The position numbers and the translations under genes were made by a program. Shown piece after piece: positions 1 through 10,355 of a DNA stretch of 64,000 bases. This DNA is from Limnothrix sp. BL-A-16 (lineage in GTDB: Bacteria; Cyanobacteriota; Cyanobacteriia; CACIAM-69d): positions 4,000,001 to 4,064,000 of the forward strand of contig CP166615.1 of NCBI GenBank assembly GCA_041937175.2, written 5' to 3'. The notes under the pieces are model-generated. The model did no database searches, had not been told where the DNA came from, and worked only from the letters and a program-made list of their open reading frames with translations. The number at the start of each line of letters is the position of its first letter. Positions within the stretch are counted from its first letter, which is position 1.

Positions 1-487
1 CCTTCAAATCTTTTGCAACTTCCCTTTTGCAACTTCTCTCAGTCGATTGTCAGGCAAATTAGGTGTTCAAATTCACTTTTTCAACTCTTGTTGACTTGAA
101 AATTTGATAACCCAACTCAATGGGCTAATAAGAACCAACCTGCTGTTGTTGTCGTCAAGTCATGTTTCAGCGTATGGGACTGAAACAAGGTTGGCTCAAG
201 AATTTGGAGTATAAGTCTCTCCTTTTTCTTGCTCTAGCATGGTGTTTTTAAAGATTGGTAGACTGATTGGGGCATCCTATGCAAAATTGGGATCCTGGTC
301 AGTTTTTTTGTGGGCTGATTTTTTGTGGGCTGATTTTTTGCGGGCTAGATGAGTGCTGGGTGAGTCCAGCTAGCTACTGGTTCATGAAATTGGTGATTAA
401 CTTGTTAACGAAGCGGCGGATCGTTGGATTTTGATCGCTGGATTTTGATGATCTGATTTTGATGGTTTGAGCAGGATAACCAAGCGC

Positions 488-961
488 ATGGGTGTAGTGA
501 CTTTAAGACCAGCTCGATCGCCCGATCGGGATTTGGTGCTGTCCTTAATTAGTCAGCTTTATGAGCATGAGTCCATTGAATTTGCCCTCGATCGGGTGGG
601 GCCTGCGCTCGATCGGCTCCTGGCCCAACCGGATTGGGGCACGGTGCTTTTGATTCAGCCGGAAAGTGATCCCCAGCCCGATCGCCCGGCAATTGCCGGT
701 TATGCCGTGTTGGCCTATCTTTACAGCCTCGAATTTGGCGGGATGGTGGCGCTGCTTGATGAGCTATGGATTAGCGAGGCCTGGCGCGGCCAAGGGTTGG
801 GGCGCAAAACCATGGAAGCGATCGAGCAGTTCTGTGGCGATCGCGGGCTGGTGGCCCTGCGGTTAGAAGTGGGCAAAACTAACCTAGTTGCCCGATCGCT
901 CTATCAGTCCTTGGGGTTCCAGGATCTCGATCGCGACTTTTGGACCAAGCGCCTCGGCTGA
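488..961 (+). CDS. GNAT family N-acetyltransferase
   Basis: Acetyl-CoA motif WRGQGLG, LDELWI, and N-x-x-A-x-x-LY-x-x-LGF; ATG at 488 chosen over TTG at 467. Confidence 0.85.
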   Translation: MGVVTLRPARSPDRDLVLSLISQLYEHESIEFALDRVGPALDRLLAQPDWGTVLLIQPESDPQPDRPAIAGYAVLAYLYSLEFGGMVALLDELWISEAWRGQGLGRKTMEAIEQFCGDRGLVALRLEVGKTNLVARSLYQSLGFQDLDRDFWTKRLG

Positions 962-1035
962 GGGCCGGGCTGACGTGTTCTGCTTTCAGACTGCCGCACT
1001 ATTCCTATCACCGTTAATTTGCGTTCATTAGCCCT

Positions 1036-1548
1036 GTGATTTCCATCGAAAACCCCCAACCGGCCACCGTCCAGATTCGATCGGCCCAACCGGCGGATGT
1101 GACGGCCCTCTTTCACCTGATTGAAGCCCTAGCGGCCTACGAGAAACTGAGCCATCAGGTCACCGGTTCCCCGGAAGCCCTGCGATCGCACCTGTTTGGT
1201 GATCGGCCCTTTGCCGAAGCCCTGGTGGCCGAGGCCCAGCCCACAGCGGGCGGCGCGGCCGGCATCGTTGGGATGGCGCTGTTTTTCTATAACTATTCAA
1301 CTTTTCTAACCCGGCCAGGCTTGTATCTCGAAGATCTGTTCGTGTTGCCGGCCTATCGGGGTCAGGGTTTGGGGAAAGGACTCTTGCAAGCGGTGATCGA
1401 TCGGGCCCGATCGCAACAGTGCGGGCGGGTGGAGTGGAGCGTGCTGGACTGGAATGCTCCGGCGATCGCGTTTTATGAGCACATGGGCGCAACGGTTTTG
1501 CCCGACTGGCGAATTTGTCGGGTGCTGTTGCCTGAAGCGATCGCCTGA
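1036..1548 (+). CDS. GNAT family N-acetyltransferase (spermidine/diamine acetyltransferase-like)
   Basis: YSTFLTRPGLYLEDLFV, YRGQGLG and EWSVLDWNAPAIAFY, typical of SSAT-like GNATs. Confidence 0.9.
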   Translation: MISIENPQPATVQIRSAQPADVTALFHLIEALAAYEKLSHQVTGSPEALRSHLFGDRPFAEALVAEAQPTAGGAAGIVGMALFFYNYSTFLTRPGLYLEDLFVLPAYRGQGLGKGLLQAVIDRARSQQCGRVEWSVLDWNAPAIAFYEHMGATVLPDWRICRVLLPEAIA

Positions 1549-1598
1549 CAACCGGCCCACCAGCTCGCCCCGGCAAATTGTCTAGGGCGATCGGCTAA

Positions 1599-2345
1599 TT
1601 AATCCTGGATCTCAATGGGCGATCGTCCCAAAAACTCATCCAGCTTGGCCCGCACCACCTGGATGTCTTGCCACATCAACCATTTGGGGCTGCCCTTCTC
1701 TCGCGACTGGTTTCGCAGCAGGTAAGCAGGATGGAAAATGGGCATACAAAGCCGCCCTTCCCATTCCAGCCACTGGCCCCGAATTTTAGTAATTCCATCC
1801 TTGCGACCGGTCACGCCGCGCACCGCCGTGGCTCCGGTCAGCAAGATAATTTTTGGATCCACTAACCGAATCTGCTCCATCAGGTAGGGCCGACAGGCCG
1901 CCGCTTCCTCGGGGGTTGGGGTGCGGTTACCGGGCGGCCGACAGCGCACCACATTGCAGATATACACTTCCGTGGCTAGGTCAATGCGCACGGATTCCAG
2001 GATTTTTTCGAGCAACTGTCCCGATCGCCCCACAAAGGGCAACCCGGTTTCGTCCTCCGTTTGGCCCGGCCCTTCGCCAATAATCATGATTGGGGCCGTG
2101 GGCAACCCACGACCGACCACCACGTTGGTACGACCGCCGGCCAGCTCGCAACGCTGGCATTGGCGGCAATGGGCAAACAGCGCTTCAAGGCTGTTGTAGG
2201 TTCCCGGCGGAATGGGTTGCCGACCGTCTAGGGGAATCCGTTCGAGGTCGATCGCGGGGGGAGGTGGGGGCGCAGGCGGTGCAATGCCCCCAAAATCGAA
2301 CAAACTAATTTGCTCGCTCACGGGATCAGTGGCGGACACGATCAA
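1599..2345 (-). CDS. Uracil-DNA glycosylase family 4 (Fe-S)
   Basis: CxxC cysteines, GEGPG, PFVGRSG, CRPPGNRTP, HPAYLLR. Confidence 0.93.
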   Translation of the reverse strand: MIVSATDPVSEQISLFDFGGIAPPAPPPPPAIDLERIPLDGRQPIPPGTYNSLEALFAHCRQCQRCELAGGRTNVVVGRGLPTAPIMIIGEGPGQTEDETGLPFVGRSGQLLEKILESVRIDLATEVYICNVVRCRPPGNRTPTPEEAAACRPYLMEQIRLVDPKIILLTGATAVRGVTGRKDGITKIRGQWLEWEGRLCMPIFHPAYLLRNQSREKGSPKWLMWQDIQVVRAKLDEFLGRSPIEIQD

Positions 2346-2410
2346 ACAACTTCCTTTTTCTTCCGGTGGCTAGAGTCCGGTGGCAACCCGATCCTGGGGG
2401 CCGGGCTGAC

Positions 2411-3487
2411 CTAGACGGCGGCGGGTTCCATCCCCAGACGGGCCAGCAGTCGATCGAGATCAAAATGCTCGCCCATCAAGTGGCGGATGCATTGAATTTT
2501 AATCGGTTCCTGCAAACGCACTTGCCCAAAGGCCCGATCGACAATTTCCACCGTGGTCAACGTGTCTAGATCCACCGTCAGCACCGGAACTTCCAACTCT
2601 TCGGCGCGGGTGATGATTGTCGGATCCGGCGGCACTTGCCCCGTCAGAATCAAGCAATGGGTTGAGGTTTCCAAGGCTGCAAACTGAATATCAGCGCGAT
2701 CGCCCCCGGTCACCACGGCCATGTTGTTGCCCTTGCGGAAATACTTGAGGGCCGAATTCACGTTCATGGCCCCGATCTTCAGGTCTTCCACCATCAGTTC
2801 CAGGCGATCGCGGCAACAGAGCACTTCCGCATCCAGTTGGCGCACCAGTTCACCCACGCTGACACTTCGCAGCAGGGCGTTGCGCGGCAGCAGCCCCAAA
2901 ACGGGAATGCCTTGGGACTCCAAAAATGGCCGCGCTACACCGTTCACCGCGTCCAGTTCCTTGGCAGGCAAACGATTCAGCACCACGCCCGCCAGCCGAT
3001 CGCCCAGCAGTTCCCGCGCGGCCATCAGCCGATCGACCGTCAGGGTGGGTTCATAGGAACAAACCAGCAACACGGACGCATCCAACGTCCGCGCCATTTG
3101 GGCCATGGATAGTTCAAATAAACTGCCCTCTTGTAAGGAGGCGGGCCCCTCCATCAGCACCAACTCAGCGCTGGTGTTGCCATAATCCTCCAGCAAGGCG
3201 CTGTAGTGGGTGGGGTCTTCCCCTTGCAACCGCTTGAGCACCGCATCGGAGGTTAGTTGCACCAGCGTCGGCAGCAGTCGATCGCTCGGGAGGTTCAATG
3301 TCTCGCGGATCAGCCGCACATCCGCATCTTCGCCATCCGTGGCCGTCATCAGGCCACCGAGCGGCTTCCCGTAACCGATCTTGATGTCCTTGGTGGCCAA
3401 CAGATGAGCCAGACCCAGCAATACCGCTGATTTGCCGCTGTACTCTTCCGTAGAACCGACGATCAAATGCCTGGGACGAAACGGCAC
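2411..3487 (-). CDS. Phosphotransacetylase-family protein (BioD-like N-terminal plus DRTGG domain)
   Basis: YSGKS P-loop-like motif, GYGKP, IGAM...VVTGGDRADIQ DRTGG signature; no PTA catalytic domain. Confidence 0.88.
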   Translation of the reverse strand: MPFRPRHLIVGSTEEYSGKSAVLLGLAHLLATKDIKIGYGKPLGGLMTATDGEDADVRLIRETLNLPSDRLLPTLVQLTSDAVLKRLQGEDPTHYSALLEDYGNTSAELVLMEGPASLQEGSLFELSMAQMARTLDASVLLVCSYEPTLTVDRLMAARELLGDRLAGVVLNRLPAKELDAVNGVARPFLESQGIPVLGLLPRNALLRSVSVGELVRQLDAEVLCCRDRLELMVEDLKIGAMNVNSALKYFRKGNNMAVVTGGDRADIQFAALETSTHCLILTGQVPPDPTIITRAEELEVPVLTVDLDTLTTVEIVDRAFGQVRLQEPIKIQCIRHLMGEHFDLDRLLARLGMEPAAV

Positions 3488-4445
3488 GCTAAAACTCCTG
3501 TGTTGTGCAACAAACTGGGGCGAAATGAACCGTCTGCGGTTGAGGGAAATCGGTTGAAATCGGGGAACCGTGGCTCGATCGAAGGGCGATCGAAAAGGTT
3601 AGCGATCGTTGGCAGAACCGGCGGGGGTCTCTCGCTGCGTCACAGACCCGTTCAACAGATCCATCGGCCTTTGCGAGGGGGAAACTCCGCAACCCAGAAC
3701 CGTGGGCGGTCTTCAGTATTCAGAACGTGATTCAGAACGTGAATTGGCTTTCAGATGTCGTCAGATTTGAGGGGCGATTTTCAGGTGCGATCGACCCATC
3801 AAATCTGGAGGGATACCAGACATAGCAATCCTGTTAATGCAATTAAATCATTAATGTGTATTGCAGCGATTGCAACTGTCCATTACACCTGGTATGGAAG
3901 GGTAACGATTGTAACAAGTTGTTAGGGATTGTTGCCGCAATTTTGCGCCCTGAGTCCGGGTGGGCTGAGGTGTTTGGGGATCGCTCTTCCGGGTTTGAGA
4001 ATGGGTTTGGAAACCGACGGCCGGCCGCCGATGCGACCCGATCGCCCCTCTAGGGTTAATCATTCCCAAAATTTCTCGCCCATGGGCAGCTCCGAAGCAA
4101 CCCAATTCAAGGTTCCCCGGACGATTTGGCGGACGATGGGGCTAAGGGGGCAATTATGCGATCGTCTCCTAACATTACCAAAAAAATAATGCCTGATTTC
4201 GGTTGGATGCTGAACCTACCGTTGAGCCTGATGCGGGATTTGACTTCGGGATTTGATTCTGGAATTTGATTTCGGTCTGATTTTGATTTGGCCAAAGTCT
4301 GATCGGGTTTCGCTGGTCGGAGGCTGAAGGGTAAGTCCAACCAGCGATCGCACCAATCTGAGGGCCAATCCAAGCCGCGATCTAAGGGCTAGACCGAAGG
4401 GCCCAGCAAGGGCCGATCGGAAGGGATATTTTAGTCCGCTTGATC

Positions 4446-4820
4446 CTATTCCAAATGGCTCAGAAGCTTGCGATAAAAGGCCTTTGAAAAATCCGTCACC
4501 CGCGTTTTTTTATAGTCAATTAACACATCAATTAGAAAGCTAATAAATTCAAAATTAGCCATGGACACTTCGTAGCTTAATTCTGCATTGCCATCAAACT
4601 GAATTCGACAGCGGGTTAGGTCGGCCGGCAGGGTGGAAACACGCCAGGTGGCCACAAAGGGAATATCATCGCCGCCTTCAATGCGACGTTTACCCTCGAT
4701 CGATCCCTTTTGGTATAGCCCGATGGCAAAGGGCAACACGTTTCGTTTTGCGCCCTGATAGTAGGGCAGATAAACGCCAACGGCTCCCTTGGCGGCCGGT
4801 TCTAGTTTGTCCAACGACAT
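4446..4820 (-). CDS. ebsA: Type IV pilus/secretion biogenesis protein EbsA
   Basis: VYLPYY...LPFAIGLYQKGSIEGKRRIEGG...FSKAFYRKLL matches recalled EbsA family; ATG at 4820. Confidence 0.8.
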   Translation of the reverse strand: MSLDKLEPAAKGAVGVYLPYYQGAKRNVLPFAIGLYQKGSIEGKRRIEGGDDIPFVATWRVSTLPADLTRCRIQFDGNAELSYEVSMANFEFISFLIDVLIDYKKTRVTDFSKAFYRKLLSHLE

Positions 4821-5143
4821 GTGGCGTGGCCTCCTGTGGCCCGTGAGAGGATGACGAGATGATGGGGGGTGGTGACAGCATTGGGGCGATCGCGCCGTGG
4901 CCGTCAACCATCGGCAATTGCCGCATTTGCCATTATTGCCAAGCCAGACCCCTTCAACAAGGGGCGTTTGGGTCTCCAGAATTCCTCAAGAATGTCGTAA
5001 GAATACCGTTGATTCACCGGGCCTAAACTGCGCCAATTGGTGGGATGGATCGCTTGCGTGATTTGGCCGCAAGCGGTCTAATGCTAGGGAAGATTGCCGT
5101 TGATTAACCCCAACCCATTACTTGCACCATCTTCCTGAAGCAT

Positions 5144-6640
5144 ATGACGGAACCACTTCTTGACCGGGATGCTCTCGATCGAACCACGGCGGAATCGGGC
5201 GACCAGTGGGATTGGAGCGGTGGCCTCGAAGGGCGACGGCGCAAGGCGGCCACGGCTCTCTTTGTCCTTTGGTCCACGGTGGTGATGTTGCACTATGCGG
5301 CTTGGGGGCCGGCCTTTGTGTGGGTGGTGACGGTGTTGGCGGGGGCCTATGTGTTGCGAGTGATGGCGGCTCCCCAGGCGGCGGCGACTGCGCGATCGAC
5401 CGACCAACGCGCGCCGATCGCCCCGGATGTTTCCCGATCTCCGGTTGCTTTGGCGGCGGAGGCTTGGCCTTCGGTGGCGGTGTTGGTGTCGGCCAAGGAT
5501 GAGGAAGCGGTGATTGGGGCGCTGGTGAAACGCCTCTGCGCGATCGACTATCCAGCCGATCGCTACGAAGTTTGGATTATTGACGATGGCAGCAGCGATC
5601 GCACCCCCCAGGTGTTGCAACAACTGCAAACGGTTTATCCGCAATTGCGCGTTTTGCGGCGGCCGCCGGGGGCCGGGGGCGGCAAGTCCGGCGCGTTGAA
5701 TGCGGCCGTGGCCCAGGCGCGGGGCGAAATTTTGGTGGTGTTTGATGCGGATGCTCAAATGCAGCCGGATTTGTTGCGGCAGGTGGTGCCAGTTTTTGAT
5801 CGATCGAGCGTGGGCGCGGTGCAATTGCGCAAGGCGATCGTCCAAGCGGAAGCCCTTGATTTTCATCCCGATCGCAATAACTTTTGGATTCGGGGTCAGC
5901 AGGCAGAAATGGCCCTCGACAGCCACCTGCAAGGACAACGGGCCCGCCTGGGTGGCGTGGGCGAACTGCGAGGCAATGGTGAATTTATTCGGCGCGCCGC
6001 CCTCGAACAATGCGGCGGATTCAACGAAGCCACCATCACCGACGACTTGGATTTGGCCGTGCGGCTGCACCTGAACGGTTGGGATATTGAATGCTTGATG
6101 TTCCCGGCGGTTCTGGAAGAAGGCGTGACCCGCCTCAAGGCCCTGTGGCATCAGCGGAATCGCTGGGCCGAAGGGGGCTACCAACGCTATCTCGACTATT
6201 GGCGGGCGATCGCCGGGAATCGCGGTGGAGCCGCCAAAACCTTGGATTTAGCCGTGTTTTTGCTATTCCAATACCTCGTTCCCCAAATGATTGTGGCTGA
6301 CTGGGTTGTGGCCGGCATTCGGGGCGATGGGCCCGTGCTGACTCCGTTGGCTACGGCGGGGCTGTTGCTTTCCGCCTTGGGGATGGTGTTGGGGTTGCGA
6401 TTGGTGGCGGTGGGCACTGAATCCCCCACCCATTGGGGCGATCGCCTGGTCAGTTGGTTGCGCACCCTCAGCCAAACAGCCTTGGGTTTGGCGTACATGC
6501 TGCACTGGTTCCCCGTCATTGCCAGCATGGGTTTGCGGATTGCGGTGCGGCCCAAGCAGTTGAAATGGGTGAAAACGGCCCATGCCGGTTCCGGGGAACT
6601 GGCGATCGAGCTAGATGATCTCGACTCCGACCATTCCTAG
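5144..6640 (+). CDS. mgdA: Monoglucosyldiacylglycerol synthase (GT2)
   Basis: GRRRKAA N-terminal motif, DDGSSD, GKSGALN, VFDAD, TDDLD, QRNRW; membrane helices at both ends. Confidence 0.82.
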   Translation: MTEPLLDRDALDRTTAESGDQWDWSGGLEGRRRKAATALFVLWSTVVMLHYAAWGPAFVWVVTVLAGAYVLRVMAAPQAAATARSTDQRAPIAPDVSRSPVALAAEAWPSVAVLVSAKDEEAVIGALVKRLCAIDYPADRYEVWIIDDGSSDRTPQVLQQLQTVYPQLRVLRRPPGAGGGKSGALNAAVAQARGEILVVFDADAQMQPDLLRQVVPVFDRSSVGAVQLRKAIVQAEALDFHPDRNNFWIRGQQAEMALDSHLQGQRARLGGVGELRGNGEFIRRAALEQCGGFNEATITDDLDLAVRLHLNGWDIECLMFPAVLEEGVTRLKALWHQRNRWAEGGYQRYLDYWRAIAGNRGGAAKTLDLAVFLLFQYLVPQMIVADWVVAGIRGDGPVLTPLATAGLLLSALGMVLGLRLVAVGTESPTHWGDRLVSWLRTLSQTALGLAYMLHWFPVIASMGLRIAVRPKQLKWVKTAHAGSGELAIELDDLDSDHS

Positions 6641-6694
6641 GCAGCGCAGCAGTCTGAATTCATCGGGTCAACGTTGCGGAATCAGTCGCCATAA

Positions 6695-6714
6695 CAAGGG
6701 GCTTAAGCCCCTTG
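6695..6714. repeat. 20-bp perfect palindrome CAAGGGGCTTAAGCCCCTTG, copy 1 (REP-like)
   Basis: Identical copy at 43189-43208; both intergenic, just 3' of a gene. Confidence 0.85.
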
Positions 6715-6828
6715 CCGCCTGACGATCTGGGAGTAGCAGCCAGTGGAATTGACTGATGAATTGACCGATCATAAGAAGCTTGCCTTGCGACTGGTCAGCA
6801 CATCAAAAAGCACACCTAAAGAGGGCAT

Positions 6829-7692
6829 ATGCTCGCAAATTGGCGCTTTTGGGTCATGGGTCTGATCGTGGGAATGGTGGTGGGATGTCGTGCGGACTCG
6901 AACAGCCCCAAGGGCCAAGCAAAACCCCAACAAACCCTGACTGTTTCCGCCGCCGCCAGCTTGCAACCCGCCCTCACTACCCTGCAAGCGGAATATCGCC
7001 TGGTGGAACCCACGGTGCAGTTAAGCCTCAATTTCGGTTCTTCCGGCGCGCTCAAGCAGCAGATTTTGCAAGGGGCCCCCGTGGATCTGTTCATTTCTGC
7101 CGACACTAAGACCATGGCAGAGTTGGCGGGGGCGGGTCTGGTAGATCCGACAACCCAACGAGATTTGCTGACGAATGAGTTGATTTTGGTGGCGCGCTCT
7201 GGCATTTCCCTGCGGAGTTGGCAAGATCTGGCTCGGCCAGGGGTGAAATTTGTGGCGATCGGGGATCCGGAACGCGTGCCGGTCGGTCGCTATGCCCGCG
7301 CCACGTTGGTGTCTTTGGATCTTTGGAAAGCCGTGCAGCCGAAGTTGGTTCTGGGCCAGGATGTCAGACAGGTATTGACGGCGGTGGTGACTGGCAATGC
7401 GGATGCGGGGGTGGTGTATGCCTCCGATGTGCGCCGATCAACTGAGCCGCCAGAGGGGTTGGTGGTGGTGGGGGATGCGCCGCCGGGATCCCATCCGCCC
7501 ATCACTTACCCGATCGCGGTGATGGCCAAAACGCGCCAACCGGCCGCCGCTCGCCAATTTGCCGACTGGTTGGGGAAACCCACCGCCCGATCGATCTTTG
7601 TTCGCTATGGGTTTGTGCCCCTGAGTTTTGGGAGTGCTTCACCCTTGCCGCATCCGGTGGCGGCCCCTAAGCGATCGCCCGCCCATTCATGA
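6829..7692 (+). CDS. modA: Molybdate ABC transporter substrate-binding lipoprotein
   Basis: VSAAASL, FGSSGAL, GAPVDLFISA, VPVGRYA, DAGVVYASD; lipobox-like VVGC. Confidence 0.93.
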   Translation: MLANWRFWVMGLIVGMVVGCRADSNSPKGQAKPQQTLTVSAAASLQPALTTLQAEYRLVEPTVQLSLNFGSSGALKQQILQGAPVDLFISADTKTMAELAGAGLVDPTTQRDLLTNELILVARSGISLRSWQDLARPGVKFVAIGDPERVPVGRYARATLVSLDLWKAVQPKLVLGQDVRQVLTAVVTGNADAGVVYASDVRRSTEPPEGLVVVGDAPPGSHPPITYPIAVMAKTRQPAAARQFADWLGKPTARSIFVRYGFVPLSFGSASPLPHPVAAPKRSPAHS

Positions 7693-8372
7693 CTAGCCTT
7701 GCCAGTGGGGTGACCCAGTGGGATTGGTCGCCTTGGAGTTTGTCCGTGGGGGCGGCCCTCTGGGCCACGGGGTTGGCCGTGAGCTTGGGCTTGCTGATCG
7801 CCTGGGCGATGCTGTCCTGTCGGGAACCCTGGCGCAGCGCGATCGATACGGTGTTGGTGTTGCCGCTGGTGTTGCCGCCGACGGTGGTGGGGTTTGGGCT
7901 GTTGGTGTTGTTGGGTCGCCAGGGGCCGATCGGGTTGGCTTTGGAATCGATCGGGGTGTCGGTGGTGTTTTCGCCTTTGGGCACGGTGGTGGCGGCCACG
8001 GTGGTGGCCTTTCCCTTGGCCTATCGCACCTTGCTTTCCACCTTTGAACAGTTGGATCCCGATCTGTTGAGGGCCGCACGCACCTTGGGCCTGAATGGTT
8101 GGCAGATTTTTTGGCGGGTGCGGTTGCCCCTGGCGCGATCGGGCTTGGTGGCGGCGGCCTTGCTCACCTTCGCCCGATCGCTCGGAGAATTTGGGGCCAC
8201 GGTCATGTTGGCGGGCAATATTCCCGGCCGCACCCAAACCATTCCCAGTGCCATTTTTGCCGCCGTGGAAGCGGGTGACTGGCCCCGGGCCCAACTGTGG
8301 GTGTGGTTATCGCTCGCGATGGCCCTGCTGGCAATTGTGGGGCTTAATCAAGCGGCCCGTCGCCCTTGGTAG
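7689..8372 (+). CDS. modB: Molybdate ABC transporter permease
   Basis: LPLVLPPTVVGF, AARTLG, FARSLGEFGATVMLAGNIPGRTQT; ATGA overlap with modA. Confidence 0.93.
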   Translation: MTSLASGVTQWDWSPWSLSVGAALWATGLAVSLGLLIAWAMLSCREPWRSAIDTVLVLPLVLPPTVVGFGLLVLLGRQGPIGLALESIGVSVVFSPLGTVVAATVVAFPLAYRTLLSTFEQLDPDLLRAARTLGLNGWQIFWRVRLPLARSGLVAAALLTFARSLGEFGATVMLAGNIPGRTQTIPSAIFAAVEAGDWPRAQLWVWLSLAMALLAIVGLNQAARRPW

Positions 8373-9693
8373 GGGGAGCGGTGGGTTCTGAATTCGTTGC
8401 AGAACTTGTTGCAGAATTCGGCGGTTTGATCGGTTCGATCAATTCTTCAATGAACTCGATCGGCTCGATCGGCCCCGTCGTTGCGGGCGACCAAATGAGC
8501 CAACCCGCCGCCACCGCAAAGGAACCCGCCGCCTGACCAGGATGCAGCGGCAACCCCGTGGCACTCAGCAGCGCATTCACGGCCGCAAAGCCACCAAAAA
8601 AGCATCCAATCCCCAATCCCACCCGATCGGGCATCAGGTCGATCGCCAGCGGAATGCCCCCATTGAACAGCCCCGCCCAGGCCACCATCATCACCAACGC
8701 CAGCGGCCAAGTGATGATGCCCAATTGCGGCAACGTCAGCATTGGCAGCCCCATACCCAAGGCGATCGCCCCCGCCAACATCACCGATCGATTGCCCCAC
8801 CGGCCCGCCAACAGCCCCATCACCAACGCCCCGATCGCCACCGTCAGACCCACCCCCAACCCAATTACACTGCCGGGCCATTGGGGCAACTGGCTTTGCA
8901 AGGCAGCGGGCACAATGCCAAAAAACAGCCGCAACCCCCAACCCACGGCCGCCCCCAATCCCAACAGCCGGACGACTTCTCCCCAGTGAATTGGCCCAGG
9001 ACGGTTTTGGGCAACGGCGCTGGCTCCCAGAACTCGATCGGGCCCCGCCAATTGCAAGACTCCCGCCGCCGCCACCAGGGCCAACGATCCCAACCCAAAG
9101 GCATAGGCCGGGCCCAACTGCAAAACACGATCGCGAACCAAAGGAGCCACCGCCCCCACCAAGCCCGCCGACAAAACCAGCAGACTGTTGGCCTGGGGCA
9201 GTTGACTGCTCAAGGCGTATTGACCAATGAGGGCGATCGCGGGCGATCGAAACACCGCCATGGCCACCGCCCACAGCACCACAGTCACCATCAACAGGCC
9301 CTGAATGATGGCCCCGCGCCCCAACGTCGCCGCCACCATGGCCCCAAACATCAACACCGTCAGCCCCACCCCCGCCACCACCAGGGGATAGCGGCTGCCC
9401 ACGCGCAACCGGGCCCGATCGCTCAGGCCTCCAATCACCGGCTCCAATACTGCCGCCAGGCCATCTTCCAAAATCAACACCGCCCGATCGACCCCCGGTA
9501 ATCCCACGGCCGCCAACAACTGGGGTAAATAGAACCGATACAGCACCCAAGCCAGGGAAATGCCTCCTTGTAATCCCGCCAATCCCAACACGGGCCGCCA
9601 CAGGAGGTTGCGTTCAGGTTTGGTTAATTCAGGTTTGGTTAATTCAGGCTCGTTTGGCTTGGGATGGGCGACAGGCTCAGGCGATGGGGTCAT
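8344..9693 (-). CDS. MFS transporter
   Basis: About 12 hydrophobic segments, GGLSDR motif A; ATG at 9693; 3' end overlaps modB by 29 bp. Confidence 0.8.
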   Translation of the reverse strand: MTPSPEPVAHPKPNEPELTKPELTKPERNLLWRPVLGLAGLQGGISLAWVLYRFYLPQLLAAVGLPGVDRAVLILEDGLAAVLEPVIGGLSDRARLRVGSRYPLVVAGVGLTVLMFGAMVAATLGRGAIIQGLLMVTVVLWAVAMAVFRSPAIALIGQYALSSQLPQANSLLVLSAGLVGAVAPLVRDRVLQLGPAYAFGLGSLALVAAAGVLQLAGPDRVLGASAVAQNRPGPIHWGEVVRLLGLGAAVGWGLRLFFGIVPAALQSQLPQWPGSVIGLGVGLTVAIGALVMGLLAGRWGNRSVMLAGAIALGMGLPMLTLPQLGIITWPLALVMMVAWAGLFNGGIPLAIDLMPDRVGLGIGCFFGGFAAVNALLSATGLPLHPGQAAGSFAVAAGWLIWSPATTGPIEPIEFIEELIEPIKPPNSATSSATNSEPTAPPTKGDGPLD

Positions 9694-9865
9694 GGGATGG
9701 GGCCAGGGCAAAGACTAATCGCCTCTGGGGCGATCGGGCGGATAGTTCCGGTCTAACCGATCGATTCGGCTCCTGGCGAACCTGTCCGGGCGATCGTCCG
9801 CATCAGCAAGGATTCTGGATCAATCGCCGTCACTCATCCCTCAGCGTCGGGGCTGAATTCTGGCG

Positions 9866-10312
9866 CTAATTCGCCGTGGCCGCTCTCAGGGTGTCAATAT
9901 TGGCTTCCCAATTGCGCCCATCAAAGGGTTCAATCAGCACCTGTGCCGGATCGGTTAAATCAACTCCATCCAGACAGCGGGCATTCACGCTGTAGCCATC
10001 CGGGTGCGATCGGGGCAGATAAAACGACTTGATGCCACAGGTGCGACAAAACAAATGTTTGGCCGTGCCTGTGTTGAAGGTGTAGGTGGTTAATGCCGTT
10101 TCGCCCTGCAACAGTTGAAAGCGCGATCGGGGAACGAGCAAATGCAAAAATCCCGTTTTGTCGCAGATGGAACAATTGCAAGACTGCACCTGTAAGGGCG
10201 ATGGCCCCTGCACCTGAAAGCGCACGGCTCCGCAATGGCAACCGCCCTCATAGGTGATGGCAGCGTCACGAGCGGATCCAGCCTCCGCCGTGGGGTTGGG
10301 TTCTTGGGTCAT
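9866..10312 (-). CDS. GFA/CENP-V family zinc-binding protein
   Basis: GGCHCGAVRF, CNCSIC, FCRTCGI. Confidence 0.92.
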   Translation of the reverse strand: MTQEPNPTAEAGSARDAAITYEGGCHCGAVRFQVQGPSPLQVQSCNCSICDKTGFLHLLVPRSRFQLLQGETALTTYTFNTGTAKHLFCRTCGIKSFYLPRSHPDGYSVNARCLDGVDLTDPAQVLIEPFDGRNWEANIDTLRAATAN

Positions 10313-10355
10313 GGCGAATGGTCGATCGAGAAGAAACGGATCGCTAAGGCTTAAG

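Noticed and set aside
196..240. Short minus-strand ORF MLEQEKGETYTPNS
   Set aside because: 14 codons with no RBS or other support
3902..3915. NtcA site
   Set aside because: GTA-N8-AAC mismatches GTA-N8-TAC, and no supporting context was found
5084..6184. 366-aa antisense ORF over mgdA; similar long ORFs at 8447-9601, 8542-9501, 11108-11887, 20651-21499 and 37156-38043
   Set aside because: Shadow or alternate-frame ORFs of GC-rich genes with no recognisable motifs
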